38,070 bases of DNA from an uncultured Bifidobacterium sp. Its GTDB lineage: Bacteria > Actinomycetota > Actinomycetes > Actinomycetales > Bifidobacteriaceae. The position numbers were made by a program, and so were the translations under genes. Every line of letters starts with the position of its first letter. Position 1 is the first letter of the stretch. Location of the stretch: positions 1 to 38,070 of the forward strand of contig CAYQJZ010000014.1 in NCBI GenBank assembly GCA_964417995.1. The letters run 5' to 3'. This document shows, piece after piece, positions 24,933 through 34,578 of the stretch. Below the pieces are notes generated by a model. That model worked only from the letters and a program-made list of their open reading frames with translations. It made no database searches and was not told the origin of the DNA.

Positions 24933-25838
24933 ATGAATGACGGTTCCATGCATCTTTTAGACCCGGCACCGTTCGGGCGCGTTATTCCGGCGATGGTGAC
25001 GCCGATGACATCCGATGGTTCCATTGACTACGATGCTGCACAACGTGTTGCACGTCAACTGGTAGCCGACGGCGCTGACGGCATTCTTGTTAACGGCACA
25101 ACCGGCGAATCTCCGGTCACCCATATGAACGAGAAGGTCGACCTTGTTCGCGCTGTCAAAGAGGTTATTGACGTACCAGTACTCTCCGGTGCCGGTTCAA
25201 ACGATACTGTGCATTCAGTGCGTATGGCCGAACAAGTACAAGAGGCTGGCGCTTCTGCAGTACTCGTTGTCGCGCCATATTATTCTCGCCCCTCGCAAGA
25301 GGGTATTTTCCGCCACTACCAGGCGGTTAATGACGCTGTAGACACTCCTATTGTTGTTTACGATGTGCCCGGCCGAACCGGTGTACGCATTCAACTCGAT
25401 ACCTACTGCCGACTTGCAGAACTCGACAATGTGCGCGCTGTTAAGGATGCTACCGGCGATATTGCTGGAGCAGTGCGCAAACGTATGGAAACCGGATTGG
25501 ACTGGTACTCCGGTGACGATGGCTTGTTCCTACCGTTCTTGTCTGTTGGTGCTGTTGGCGTGATCTCAGTAATTGCACATGCTGCGTCAGGGCCACTTCG
25601 GGACTTAGCCAATGCTTTTGACCAGGGCAGAATTCATGAGGCTCAACGGATTGCTGTTCAGCTTGCTCCACTCGTTGAAGCGTTGAATGGTAACGGTTTT
25701 CAGGCGGTTATGGCTAAGGCATCGCTTAAGGTGCGTGGATTGCTTGACGACACGTCGATGCGTCTGCCGAATGTGGGTCCCGGTCCTGATGAGATCGCCC
25801 GTGCGGAACAAGGCATGCGTCAGTCACAACTACTGTAA
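24933..25838 (+). CDS. dapA: 4-hydroxy-tetrahydrodipicolinate synthase
   Basis: NGTTGES, PYY, YDVPGRTG, Schiff-base VKDA, SGDD. Confidence 0.96.
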   Translation: MNDGSMHLLDPAPFGRVIPAMVTPMTSDGSIDYDAAQRVARQLVADGADGILVNGTTGESPVTHMNEKVDLVRAVKEVIDVPVLSGAGSNDTVHSVRMAEQVQEAGASAVLVVAPYYSRPSQEGIFRHYQAVNDAVDTPIVVYDVPGRTGVRIQLDTYCRLAELDNVRAVKDATGDIAGAVRKRMETGLDWYSGDDGLFLPFLSVGAVGVISVIAHAASGPLRDLANAFDQGRIHEAQRIAVQLAPLVEALNGNGFQAVMAKASLKVRGLLDDTSMRLPNVGPGPDEIARAEQGMRQSQLL

Positions 25839-26349
25839 ACGGCAACGGTTGATCAACTCACTGTGAGCTTCAAAGCAGTAGATATGCGCACACGTATCAA
25901 CCACGTTCATGCAACTATTGATGGCATGGAACCGCCGGGACTACAGCATGGATACGGTTGAACTGCGTGCAAAGTCAACAGCAGAGCACTGGAAAAACAG
26001 CTGACAACAGCTGACAACGGTGATATGAGCCTTGTTGACCTTGAGCTGTTGCATCGAGTCTCGCTGCGGTCACGTGCTAACAACAGACGTGTGCTGGCAA
26101 TAAGCCGATATCAAAACAGCAAGACGCAGCTGTACTGCTCAGTCAAACTGGTGGAGTTAGTTAGTGTGAACAGCCATGATAAACAAAAACGGAAATTCTG
26201 TGCAGTGAGTACTAGCTTTGACAGGAACCAGTAGAAACCCAACGTACAGCAAAAAAGTGCCGCAAAAGGCACAACAAAAAGCACAACAAAAAAGACCTCG
26301 CGTCCGCACAGGCGGAAGCACCGATAACAAACAGGATAACCAAAGAAGA

Positions 26350-28380
26350 ATGGCAAAGGAAGAAACAACAAATCACGTACATAAGCGCACAGGACGTGCG
26401 AATAAGCCAGATGTTATTATCACTGACCCCATTATCGAGGCAGAGATGAACGATATCATCGCGCAGGCCACCGGCAGGAAGAGTGAAACAGCCGAAACCA
26501 GAACGACAGCATCTGGAAAAACCAAAGCCAACAAATCCAAGCAGACAGTGCAATCTGAACACTCACAGCCGTCAACTACCGGCACGCGTTCTCGCACACA
26601 ATCCGCCAACGCACGATCCAACAAGCGTGCTGCGCGCCCACAACCGCGTCAAAGTTCATCAGCACAAACCAGTGGATTGATTCCTCCACCCAAGTATCGA
26701 AAAGGATCAATGCGCATTGTGCCGTTGGGCGGTCTCGGCGAAATTGGTCGCAATATGAACGTGATCGAATACAACGGTCATATTCTTCTCATTGATTGCG
26801 GTGTACTCTTCCCCGAAGAAGAACAACCAGGTGTTGACCTGATTCTGCCGGATTTCCACTACATTGAAGATCGTCTCGACAAAGTTGAAGCACTGGTTCT
26901 CACCCATGGTCACGAAGACCATATTGGCGGTGTACCGTATCTGCTAAAGAAACGTCCTGATATTCCGCTAATTGGTTCCAAACTCACTCTCGCTTTTACT
27001 GAAGCCAAGTGCAAGGAACATCACATCAACCCAAAGACGACTGCTGTGCAGGGGCGTGACAAACTCAAGGTTGGTCCGTTCAATCTGGAGTTCATCAACG
27101 TCACTCATTCTATTCCTGACGCTCTGGCTGTTTATGTGAAAACCCCGGCCGGAAGCCTTATCGACACCGGCGATATCAAACTTGACCAACTGCCGCTTGA
27201 CCATCGCATCACTGACTTGGTGGAATTCGGTAAACTCGGCGAACAGGGCGTTGACCTGCTGATGGCCGATTCTACTAACGCTGAAGTGCCAGGATTTGTT
27301 AAGCCAGAAACCTCAATCGGTCCAGCACTTGACCGCGCCTTTGCTGAAGCAACCCGCAAAATTATTGTTGCCAGCTTCTCCAGCCACGTTCATCGCGTAC
27401 AACAGGTTGTGGATGCGGCACACAAGTATGGTCGCAAAGTTGTGTTTGTTGGCCGTTCGATGGTACGCAACATGTCTATCGCTGCCGACCTCGGCTACTT
27501 GCATATTCCCGAAGGCACAGTGGTTGATCTCAAGCAGGCCAACGATATTCAAGACAACAAAATCGTCTACATGTGCACCGGCTCTCAAGGCGAGCCCATG
27601 GCTGCTCTCGGCCGCATTGCGGACGGCAACCATCGTGACATCACAATTAACGAATTCGATACGGTTATTCTTGCCAGTTCACTGATTCCTGGCAATGAGC
27701 ACGAGGTTTACAAGGTTATTAACAAGCTCGTTCAACGTGGTGCGCGCGTTATCAACAAAGAAAACGCTGCTGTACACGTGTCTGGCCACTGTAACGAAGG
27801 CGAGCTGTTGTACCTGTACAACATTGTTAAACCGAAATGCGCCATGCCAATCCACGGTGAGAACCGCCATCTGGTAGCCAACGGATTAATCGCTGTTAAA
27901 ACAGGCGTCGACCCCGATGGTGTTGTTCTAGCTGAAGACGGCGATGTGGTTGATCTTTACCACGGCAAAGCCGCCATCGTCGGCTCTGTACCGTGCGGCT
28001 ACGTATACGTTGACGGCGACTCCGTAGGTGAATTAACTGACGACGAATTAGAAAAGCGTCGCATCCTTGGTACTGAAGGCTTCGTTTCCAGTTTTGTTGT
28101 CGTCGACACTGACCATGCCGACGTGGTTACCGGTCCAAAAATCTACCTCAACGCCGTAGCTGAAGATGAAAGCGAATTCGACAAGGTACGCCTTCAAATC
28201 GTTGAACAACTGCAAGACGCGATGATGCACGGCACCCGTGACACCTACCGCCTGCAACAGATTATGCGTCGCACGCTAGGCGGTTGGATCGCCCGCCGCT
28301 TGCACCGCAAGCCAATGATCGTCCCCGTTGTCGCCGATGTCGCCGCTAGCGAAGACAACGACTATAACAGCGAACAATAA
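26350..28380 (+). CDS. rnj: Ribonuclease J (metallo-beta-lactamase/beta-CASP) with basic low-complexity N-terminal extension
   Basis: PLGGLGEIGRN, THGHEDH, HSIPD, TGSQGEP, HVSGH, PIHGE. Start uncertain (ATG 26350 chosen). Confidence 0.95.
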   Translation: MAKEETTNHVHKRTGRANKPDVIITDPIIEAEMNDIIAQATGRKSETAETRTTASGKTKANKSKQTVQSEHSQPSTTGTRSRTQSANARSNKRAARPQPRQSSSAQTSGLIPPPKYRKGSMRIVPLGGLGEIGRNMNVIEYNGHILLIDCGVLFPEEEQPGVDLILPDFHYIEDRLDKVEALVLTHGHEDHIGGVPYLLKKRPDIPLIGSKLTLAFTEAKCKEHHINPKTTAVQGRDKLKVGPFNLEFINVTHSIPDALAVYVKTPAGSLIDTGDIKLDQLPLDHRITDLVEFGKLGEQGVDLLMADSTNAEVPGFVKPETSIGPALDRAFAEATRKIIVASFSSHVHRVQQVVDAAHKYGRKVVFVGRSMVRNMSIAADLGYLHIPEGTVVDLKQANDIQDNKIVYMCTGSQGEPMAALGRIADGNHRDITINEFDTVILASSLIPGNEHEVYKVINKLVQRGARVINKENAAVHVSGHCNEGELLYLYNIVKPKCAMPIHGENRHLVANGLIAVKTGVDPDGVVLAEDGDVVDLYHGKAAIVGSVPCGYVYVDGDSVGELTDDELEKRRILGTEGFVSSFVVVDTDHADVVTGPKIYLNAVAEDESEFDKVRLQIVEQLQDAMMHGTRDTYRLQQIMRRTLGGWIARRLHRKPMIVPVVADVAASEDNDYNSEQ

Positions 28381-28392
28381 CAACAATACGTA

Positions 28393-28426
28393 CCGCCAGA
28401 TAGTCCACAAGACTGATCTGGCGGCG
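28393..28426 (+). terminator. Stem-loop after rnj
   Basis: CCGCCAGAT-AGTC / GACT-G-ATCTGGCGG; weak U tail. Confidence 0.5.
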
Positions 28427-28481
28427 GCGTTCCTGTGAGCTCAATAACATGGAACGCCACACGAAAGAAAGAAGGTACATA

Positions 28482-31085
28482 ATGCCAGGATCAAACTTGA
28501 CTCGCACCGAAGCACAGGAACGAAAATCCATTGTCTCAGCTCCCATTCATTACTGGGTGTCTCTTGATCTGACAGTTGGCGAGCGTGTATTCGGTTCCGT
28601 TACAACGGTTACTTTTGATGCCGCCCCCGGTTCAACAACATTCCTTGATCTTATTGCCGACAAGGTGTATGAGATCATTCTTAATGGCGAGTCTCTTGAT
28701 CCTGCTGCGGCTTATGTAGATAACCGTGTTATTTTGCCTGATTTGCGTGAACACAACGAGGTCTCCGTTAAGGCAATGTGTCGGTATTCCAACACTGGTG
28801 AGGGCTTGCATCGCAGCGTTGATCCGTCTGATGGCAATGTGTATTTGTATTCGCAGTTTGAAGTTCCAGACGCTCGCCGTGTTTACGCCGTTTTTGATCA
28901 GCCGGATATTAAGGCCGTTTTTGACTTTTCTGTACTCGCTCCTGACAGTTGGATTGTGTTGTCGAACCAGCCGGTGCAGGAGACTGTCAAGGTGGATGGT
29001 GAAACCTTCGAGGGAACGTTAGGTGATCACCCTGCCGAGGGTATTCAGCGTTGGGTTTTTGAGTCGACTGTGACAATGAGCTCCTATCTGACTGCAATCT
29101 GTGCTGGCCCGTATGCTTCGTGGCATTCTGAGTATGCGAATGAAGATGGTCGTACTGTGCCGATGGGTATTTATTGCCGTCAGTCACTCAAAGAGGCGAT
29201 GGATAAGGATGCCAACAAGCTGTTGGATGTGACCAAAGCCGGTTTTGCGTTCTACGCCAAAACATGGGGTGTACCGTATCCGTACGCTAAGTACGATCAG
29301 ATTTTTGTGCCTGAGTACAATGCGGGCGCAATGGAGAATATTGGTCTTGTCACCCTTCGCGACCAGTACGTGTTTGATTCTAAAGTGACCGATGCAATGA
29401 CTGAACGCCGCGTAGTTACGGTACTGCATGAGCTGGCACATATGTGGTTCGGTGATTACGTGACGATGGAATGGTGGAATGACCTGTGGTTGAACGAATC
29501 CTTCGCCGAGTTCACTTCCACGTTGGCCACCGCTGAAGCTACTGAATGGCATGACGCGTGGGCGACGTTTAACGCTGGTGAGAAGAGCTGGGGTCTCAAC
29601 CAGGATCAGCTGCCGACCACACATCCGATTGTGGCGCCAATTAACGATCTGAACGACACCTACGTGAACTTCGACGGTATTACTTACGCCAAAGGTGCTT
29701 CCGTACTCAAGCAGCTTGTGGCTTACGTGGGTCGCGACCGCTTCTTTGAAGGCATCAACCACTATCTCAACAATCATTCATATTCCAACGCAACACTCGC
29801 TGATCTGCTCGCTGAACTTGAAGAAACCTCAGGTCGCGATCTGAAAGCGTGGAGCGCTGCATGGCTTGAACAGCCTGGTATGAACACGATTAGCGCATCG
29901 GTAGAGACAAACAGCGACGGTACCATCAACACCCTGACACTTACCCAAACAGCCCCAGAAAAGTATCCGATACTGCGTCCTCACCGTCTGGCTATCGGTT
30001 TCTACAACGAGGATGAATCTGGTGCCATCGTGCGCACTGATCGCATCGAACTCGACGTGGAAGGCGAGACCACTGTTGTTGAACAGGCTGCTGGCAAGCC
30101 GCGTCCTGCATTCATTCTGGTGAATGACGACGATCTTACCTTCGCCAAACTGCGTTTCGACGTTGAATCATTGGAATTTGCTGCCAACAACCTCTACCGT
30201 TTCAACGACGCGCTGGTGCGCTCGGTAATCTGGCTGTCACTGTGGGATATGACCCGCGACGCTGAATTCCCTGCCGAACGATTCATTGACATCAGTCTCA
30301 AAGCACTCGCCACTGAGCATGAATCCACCACGTTCCGTTATGCGCTCAGCCAGGTTTCTACAACGGCTCGTCATTATGTGGCTCCGGCTCGTCGTGGCGA
30401 GGTTGTTCGCCATGTTGCTTCTGAGTTGTGGACGTTAGCGAACACAGCCGAGGCTGGTTCTGATGAACAGTTCCAGCTGGTTGGCGCTTATCTTACCTAT
30501 GGTGAAGAAGGCGACACTGACTTTGTTGCCAACGTGCGTGGTCTGCTCAAAGGCAGTGTTGTGTTAGATGGTTTGGAGATTGACAACAACCTGCGCTGGT
30601 CACTGATTAAGGCTCTGGCATCAGTGAATGTGATTGATCAGGCTACTATCGACAAGGAACTGGCCAAGCGTGACACCACTGAAAACCGTGAGTTTGCGCT
30701 TGGTGCTCGTGCGGCTCTGCCTACTGCTGATAATAAGGAGTGGGCGTGGAACGCGGCAATCCGTGACGAATCTTTGACCAACATGCAGCTTGAATCGGTG
30801 GCTAACGGCTTCGCTGCTGCAACGCAGGAGCTATCTGACCCATATGTTGCTCGGTATTTTGATGAGATCGATTGGATCTGGCAGAACCGTACCTTCCATA
30901 TGGCTGAAGCGCTGTTGACCTGCCTGTATCCGGTGAACGCCAATCCGACTGCACTGGTTGAGGCAGGTGACGCATGGCTGGAAGCACATACTGATGCCGA
31001 TAATGCGCTGCGGCGCATCATCCTGGAAAACGTTGACAGCTCGCATCGTATGCTCAAGGTGAGTAACTACAACGCTGCACTGTAA
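28482..31085 (+). CDS. pepN: Aminopeptidase N (M1 family)
   Basis: GAMEN and HELAH-x18-E (WLNES) motifs; ATG 28482 follows AGAAGG. Confidence 0.97.
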   Translation: MPGSNLTRTEAQERKSIVSAPIHYWVSLDLTVGERVFGSVTTVTFDAAPGSTTFLDLIADKVYEIILNGESLDPAAAYVDNRVILPDLREHNEVSVKAMCRYSNTGEGLHRSVDPSDGNVYLYSQFEVPDARRVYAVFDQPDIKAVFDFSVLAPDSWIVLSNQPVQETVKVDGETFEGTLGDHPAEGIQRWVFESTVTMSSYLTAICAGPYASWHSEYANEDGRTVPMGIYCRQSLKEAMDKDANKLLDVTKAGFAFYAKTWGVPYPYAKYDQIFVPEYNAGAMENIGLVTLRDQYVFDSKVTDAMTERRVVTVLHELAHMWFGDYVTMEWWNDLWLNESFAEFTSTLATAEATEWHDAWATFNAGEKSWGLNQDQLPTTHPIVAPINDLNDTYVNFDGITYAKGASVLKQLVAYVGRDRFFEGINHYLNNHSYSNATLADLLAELEETSGRDLKAWSAAWLEQPGMNTISASVETNSDGTINTLTLTQTAPEKYPILRPHRLAIGFYNEDESGAIVRTDRIELDVEGETTVVEQAAGKPRPAFILVNDDDLTFAKLRFDVESLEFAANNLYRFNDALVRSVIWLSLWDMTRDAEFPAERFIDISLKALATEHESTTFRYALSQVSTTARHYVAPARRGEVVRHVASELWTLANTAEAGSDEQFQLVGAYLTYGEEGDTDFVANVRGLLKGSVVLDGLEIDNNLRWSLIKALASVNVIDQATIDKELAKRDTTENREFALGARAALPTADNKEWAWNAAIRDESLTNMQLESVANGFAAATQELSDPYVARYFDEIDWIWQNRTFHMAEALLTCLYPVNANPTALVEAGDAWLEAHTDADNALRRIILENVDSSHRMLKVSNYNAAL

Positions 31086-31095
31086 GCGTGTGTGG

Positions 31096-31144
31096 GGTTT
31101 GCATGGTTGATAATAGTACAGTAGCTGTTATTAGCCGGTAAACC
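31096..31144 (+). other. 21-bp RNA hairpin with six G-U pairs in the pepN 3' UTR
   Basis: GGTTTGC-A-TGGTTGATAATAGT pairs with GCTGTTATTAGCCG-GTAAACC. Confidence 0.6.
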
Positions 31145-31149
31145 ATTCC

Positions 31150-31187
31150 CAGGGCGGCTTCTAGCAACAAGAGGCCGCCCTGTTTCT
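31150..31187 (+). terminator. Intrinsic terminator after pepN
   Basis: CAGGGCGGCTTCT / AGAGGCCGCCCTG followed by TTTCT. Confidence 0.75.
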
Positions 31188-31205
31188 GGATATGCACTAC
31201 AACGC

Positions 31206-31237
31206 TAAGTCGAGGTTTATACCGTTAAGTCGAGGTT
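31206..31237. repeat. 12-bp direct repeat TAAGTCGAGGTT x2 (20-bp period) overlapping the RBS of the LacI gene
   Basis: Exact copies at 31206-31217 and 31226-31237. Confidence 0.7.
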
Positions 31238-31242
31238 CAGTT

Positions 31243-31793
31243 ATGGCAACGCTCAAAGATGTCGCTCAGATGGCGGGTGTCTCAACCGCGACGGTTTCTC
31301 GCATACTAAAGGGCAAAGGTGAAGCCAGCGAAGAGACCATCACACGTGTTCGTCAACTTGCCAGCACAATGAACTATCGGCCGAACAACATAGCACGATC
31401 GTTGTCACGACGAGAATCTGATCTTATTGCGGTAATGGTGCCCAACCTTACCAACCCTTTTTTACAGAGTTAGCCACAGCCATTGAAAATCAAGCACAAG
31501 TCCACGATTCGCACGTGCTTTTATGTGATACGAATGATGACCGATCCCGAGTTGATTATTACCTGGATACCATTGCGGATCACTACGCTTTCGGAGCGGT
31601 GATATGTGCATCACAAGTCGGAGAACGTGACCTTGATTTACTGGAAGAGAGGAATATTCGTACAATCACTGTCGATCGTACAATGTTTTCTCATCCCTAC
31701 TCTGGCGTTGATGTGGACCAGTTTGGAGGTGAAAACAGCCTGAGCGTGGACGATACAGAATACGTGAATGGCAGGTATATGCACATGAGGTGA
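31243..31793 (+). pseudogene. LacI-family regulator pseudogene (frameshift in a T6 run, C-terminal half missing)
   Basis: HTH TLKDVAQMAGVSTATVSR and hinge YRPNNIARSL. Adding one T at 31458-31463 restores NPFFTELATAIENQAQ...LLCDT. Family similarity ends at VDVDQFGG. Confidence 0.88.
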
Positions 31794-31906
31794 AAAGGGG
31801 GAGTCTGCTTGCGAAGTTCGGCGGTATCGGCAGGGTGTGAGTACGATGGTGCACGAGTAATCGATATACAGCGGTTGGATACTGCTCACGGGAAGGAAAA
31901 CAACAG

Positions 31907-33292
31907 ATGCCCAGAATGTTCGGAACCGATGGTGTGCGCGGATTGGCAAACCGTGAGCTGACTGCGAAATTGGCTCTTGATCTGGGTGATGCTGCGGTGC
32001 GCGTGCTGGGTGATGGTGACGCGTCCAATGGGCATGGCGAAGGCCGCCGTCGTGCGTTAATTGGTCGTGATACACGCGTATCTGGAGACTTCCTCGCATC
32101 AGCACTGTCTGCGGGTATGAGTGCTGGTGGTTTTGACGTAATCGATGCGGGTATTATCCCTACACCGGGCGTGGCCTATCTGACCAGCGTTCTTAACGTG
32201 GAGATGGGTGCAGTGATCTCCGCTTCGCATAATTCCATGCCTGACAATGGCATCAAATTCTTTGCACGCGGCGGATACAAACTCGCTGATGCTAAAGAGG
32301 ATGAGATTGAGGCCGTGCTTGGCCAAGACTGGGAACGCCCCACTGGTGCAGGTGTTGGACGTGTCAGTCATGACACTGCCACCGCTACCAACCTGTACAT
32401 CGATCACTTAGTGTCTACAATCGCTCCGATTGGGCCAGATAAAGTGCAGTCCAAACCGTTACACGGGCTCAAAATTGTTGCCGACTGCGCCAATGGTGCC
32501 ACCTCTGTTGTTGCCCCTGAAGCTTTGCGCAGAGCAGGAGCTGAAGTCGTGGTAATTAACGCGTCGCCAGACGGCTACAACATCAACAAAAACGCCGGTT
32601 CTACGCATCCGGAACAGTTACAGGCAATGGTTCGCGCTTCAGACGCGATGATGGGTGTGGCCTTCGATGGTGACGCTGACCGCTGTTTGGCTGTTGACGA
32701 AGACGGCACAATGGTGAACGGTGACCAGATCATGGGCATTCTTGCCCGCGCTAAAAAAGCTGAAGGCAAGCTTGCACATAACACGCTTGTGGTAACAGTT
32801 ATGAGCAATCTCGGTCTCAAACTGGCGTTGAAAGATATGGGCATCGACACTGTACAAACCAATGTTGGCGATCGCTACGTGTTGGAAGAAATGCTGCGCG
32901 GCGGTTACACATTGGGTGGCGAGCAGTCTGGTCATGTAATCAACCGCGAGTTCGCTACCACTGGTGATGGCACATTAACTGCCTTAACACTGTGTTATGA
33001 GGTTATGCGATCTGATCGCAGTCTCAAAGAACTGGCTGCCGACTTTCCTCAGCTGCCGCAGCAGCTGGTGAATGTGCCGAATGTTAACAAAATGGCTGCT
33101 TCCACCAATGCCAAGGTACAAGCTGCGATTGAACGCGAAGAACAGCTGCTCGGCGATACTGGTCGCGTGTTGCTGCGCCCCTCGGGAACAGAACCGTTGG
33201 TGCGTGTAATGGCCGAAGCTGCTACTCAACAGCAGGCTGACGACGTGTGTGAACGTTTGGCCGCTGTTGTGGCTGACGAGTTAGCTCTCTGA
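31907..33292 (+). CDS. glmM: Phosphoglucosamine mutase
   Basis: FGTDGVRG, ISASHN, DGDADR, GGEQSGH, RPSGTEP. Confidence 0.97.
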   Translation: MPRMFGTDGVRGLANRELTAKLALDLGDAAVRVLGDGDASNGHGEGRRRALIGRDTRVSGDFLASALSAGMSAGGFDVIDAGIIPTPGVAYLTSVLNVEMGAVISASHNSMPDNGIKFFARGGYKLADAKEDEIEAVLGQDWERPTGAGVGRVSHDTATATNLYIDHLVSTIAPIGPDKVQSKPLHGLKIVADCANGATSVVAPEALRRAGAEVVVINASPDGYNINKNAGSTHPEQLQAMVRASDAMMGVAFDGDADRCLAVDEDGTMVNGDQIMGILARAKKAEGKLAHNTLVVTVMSNLGLKLALKDMGIDTVQTNVGDRYVLEEMLRGGYTLGGEQSGHVINREFATTGDGTLTALTLCYEVMRSDRSLKELAADFPQLPQQLVNVPNVNKMAASTNAKVQAAIEREEQLLGDTGRVLLRPSGTEPLVRVMAEAATQQQADDVCERLAAVVADELAL

Positions 33293-33319
33293 TTTTTGCA
33301 GTAGCAGTGAGAGTTTAAC

Positions 33320-33407
33320 GCCGTGTTTGTGCAAGGAACACGCGCTTTGGTGGTGCTTTTCCACGACGACCGCGCCATAATGCCGTGCTCGCGCAAGGAA
33401 CACGGCA
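33320..33407. repeat. Two 23-bp hairpin-forming direct repeats (62-bp period), REP-like
   Basis: GCCGTGTTTGTGCAAGGAACACG (33320-33342) and GCCGTGCTCGCGCAAGGAACACG (33382-33404). Confidence 0.65.
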
Positions 33408-33533
33408 GCCAAGACGTGCGTTATACGTAGTCATGTGTCAGTATTCCTCAAGAAAAACAGGTAGACTCATTCCTCGTTCGTGACACGCAGATATCGCCAA
33501 CATATGCATGCGGTATGCACAGAAAGGACGCTG

Positions 33534-34190
33534 ATGTTTGGTACTCATTCCGAGATTGATCACGCTCTTAACCACGATGTTGAGCGATTGATCAAGTCAG
33601 CTGGTAAACAGAAAGTGCTGCCCATCGTGCAATTGGGTGAGCCGGTGTTACGTCAGCCGACTGCACAATACACCGGTCAGTTGTCGCGACGCACACTGGA
33701 CAAGCTGATTGAAGTAATGCGTGTAACAATGCATGAGGCGCCGGGTGTTGGCTTGGCTGGCCCGCAGATTGGTTTAGGCTTGGCCATCGCTGTTTTAGAG
33801 GATCACGCCGGTGAAGACGACGAGAACGATCCACGTGACATCACCGACCTGACTTTTCATACCATTATCAACCCCAGCTATGAGCCAGTCGGCGATGCTA
33901 CTGCCAGCTTTTATGAGGGTTGTCTGAGTTTTGCTGGATATCAGGCTGTGCGTCGGCGTTGGCTGAATATTGTGGCTCGGTGGCAAGACGAAGATGGTGT
34001 GTGTCATGAGGAGCAGATGCATGGTTGGTCTGCACGCATCTTCCAGCATGAGACAGATCACCTGTCTGGCGAAGTGTATATTGATCAGGCTGAAATCCGT
34101 TCCCTGTGTAATGACGCGAACTTGTCTGAACTGTGGTGTGAGGATCCGGTGCCAACTGAGGCTGCTCAGGAATTAGGTTTCACGTTGTAA
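33534..34190 (+). CDS. def: Peptide deformylase
   Basis: GVGLAGPQ, EGCLS, HETDH motifs; ATG 33534 follows AGAAAGGA. Confidence 0.95.
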   Translation: MFGTHSEIDHALNHDVERLIKSAGKQKVLPIVQLGEPVLRQPTAQYTGQLSRRTLDKLIEVMRVTMHEAPGVGLAGPQIGLGLAIAVLEDHAGEDDENDPRDITDLTFHTIINPSYEPVGDATASFYEGCLSFAGYQAVRRRWLNIVARWQDEDGVCHEEQMHGWSARIFQHETDHLSGEVYIDQAEIRSLCNDANLSELWCEDPVPTEAAQELGFTL

Positions 34191-34213
34191 AGAGTTGGAG
34201 TTTTTTCGTCGTC

Positions 34214-34238
34214 TGGCGCTGGTAATCAACCGGCGCCA
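34214..34238 (+). terminator. Stem-loop after def
   Basis: TGGCGCTGGT / ACCGGCGCCA; weak U tail. Confidence 0.45.
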
Positions 34239-34303
34239 ATTGTGTATAACAGCTAGTACTCGCCGATATTTATTGGGGATATAGAACGCGATCCCTTTAA
34301 TTT

Positions 34304-34518
34304 GGCTCTGCTGGCCCATCGTGGACGCAAATTTTATGCAAGAGGTTGGATGTCAACAGATAATTAAAACCACGTAACACGTGACAATACATGACACGCT
34401 TTTATCGCCCTAATTCCAATTTCGCAGAGCCTATATTCACGCTGGGGTAACCCACACGTTAAGATGGTCGTTCTCAATCTGTAGGCAGAGTCTATACCCA
34501 CGCTGGGGTAACAGAGCC
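34304..34518. mobile_element. MITE copy B (215 bp), inverted relative to copy A, with an extra internal 61-bp unit
   Basis: IRs GGCTCTGCTGGCCCATCGTGGA (34304-34325) and reverse complement of 34497-34518 GGCTCTGTTACCCCAGCGTGGG (17/22 match). About 19 differences from copy A over ~150 bp by eye. Flanks TTTAATTT / TTAGTTTT. Confidence 0.85.
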
Positions 34519-34578
34519 TTAGTTTTGAGTGAGATTAGTACTTCATGTTTCGGTTCTACCAGCAGTGGTATTGGCAGA

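Noticed and set aside
34424-34512. Calling this a bona fide CRISPR array
   Set aside because: Only two repeats, no cas genes, and the repeat overlaps the MITE terminal IR; kept as a finding only.
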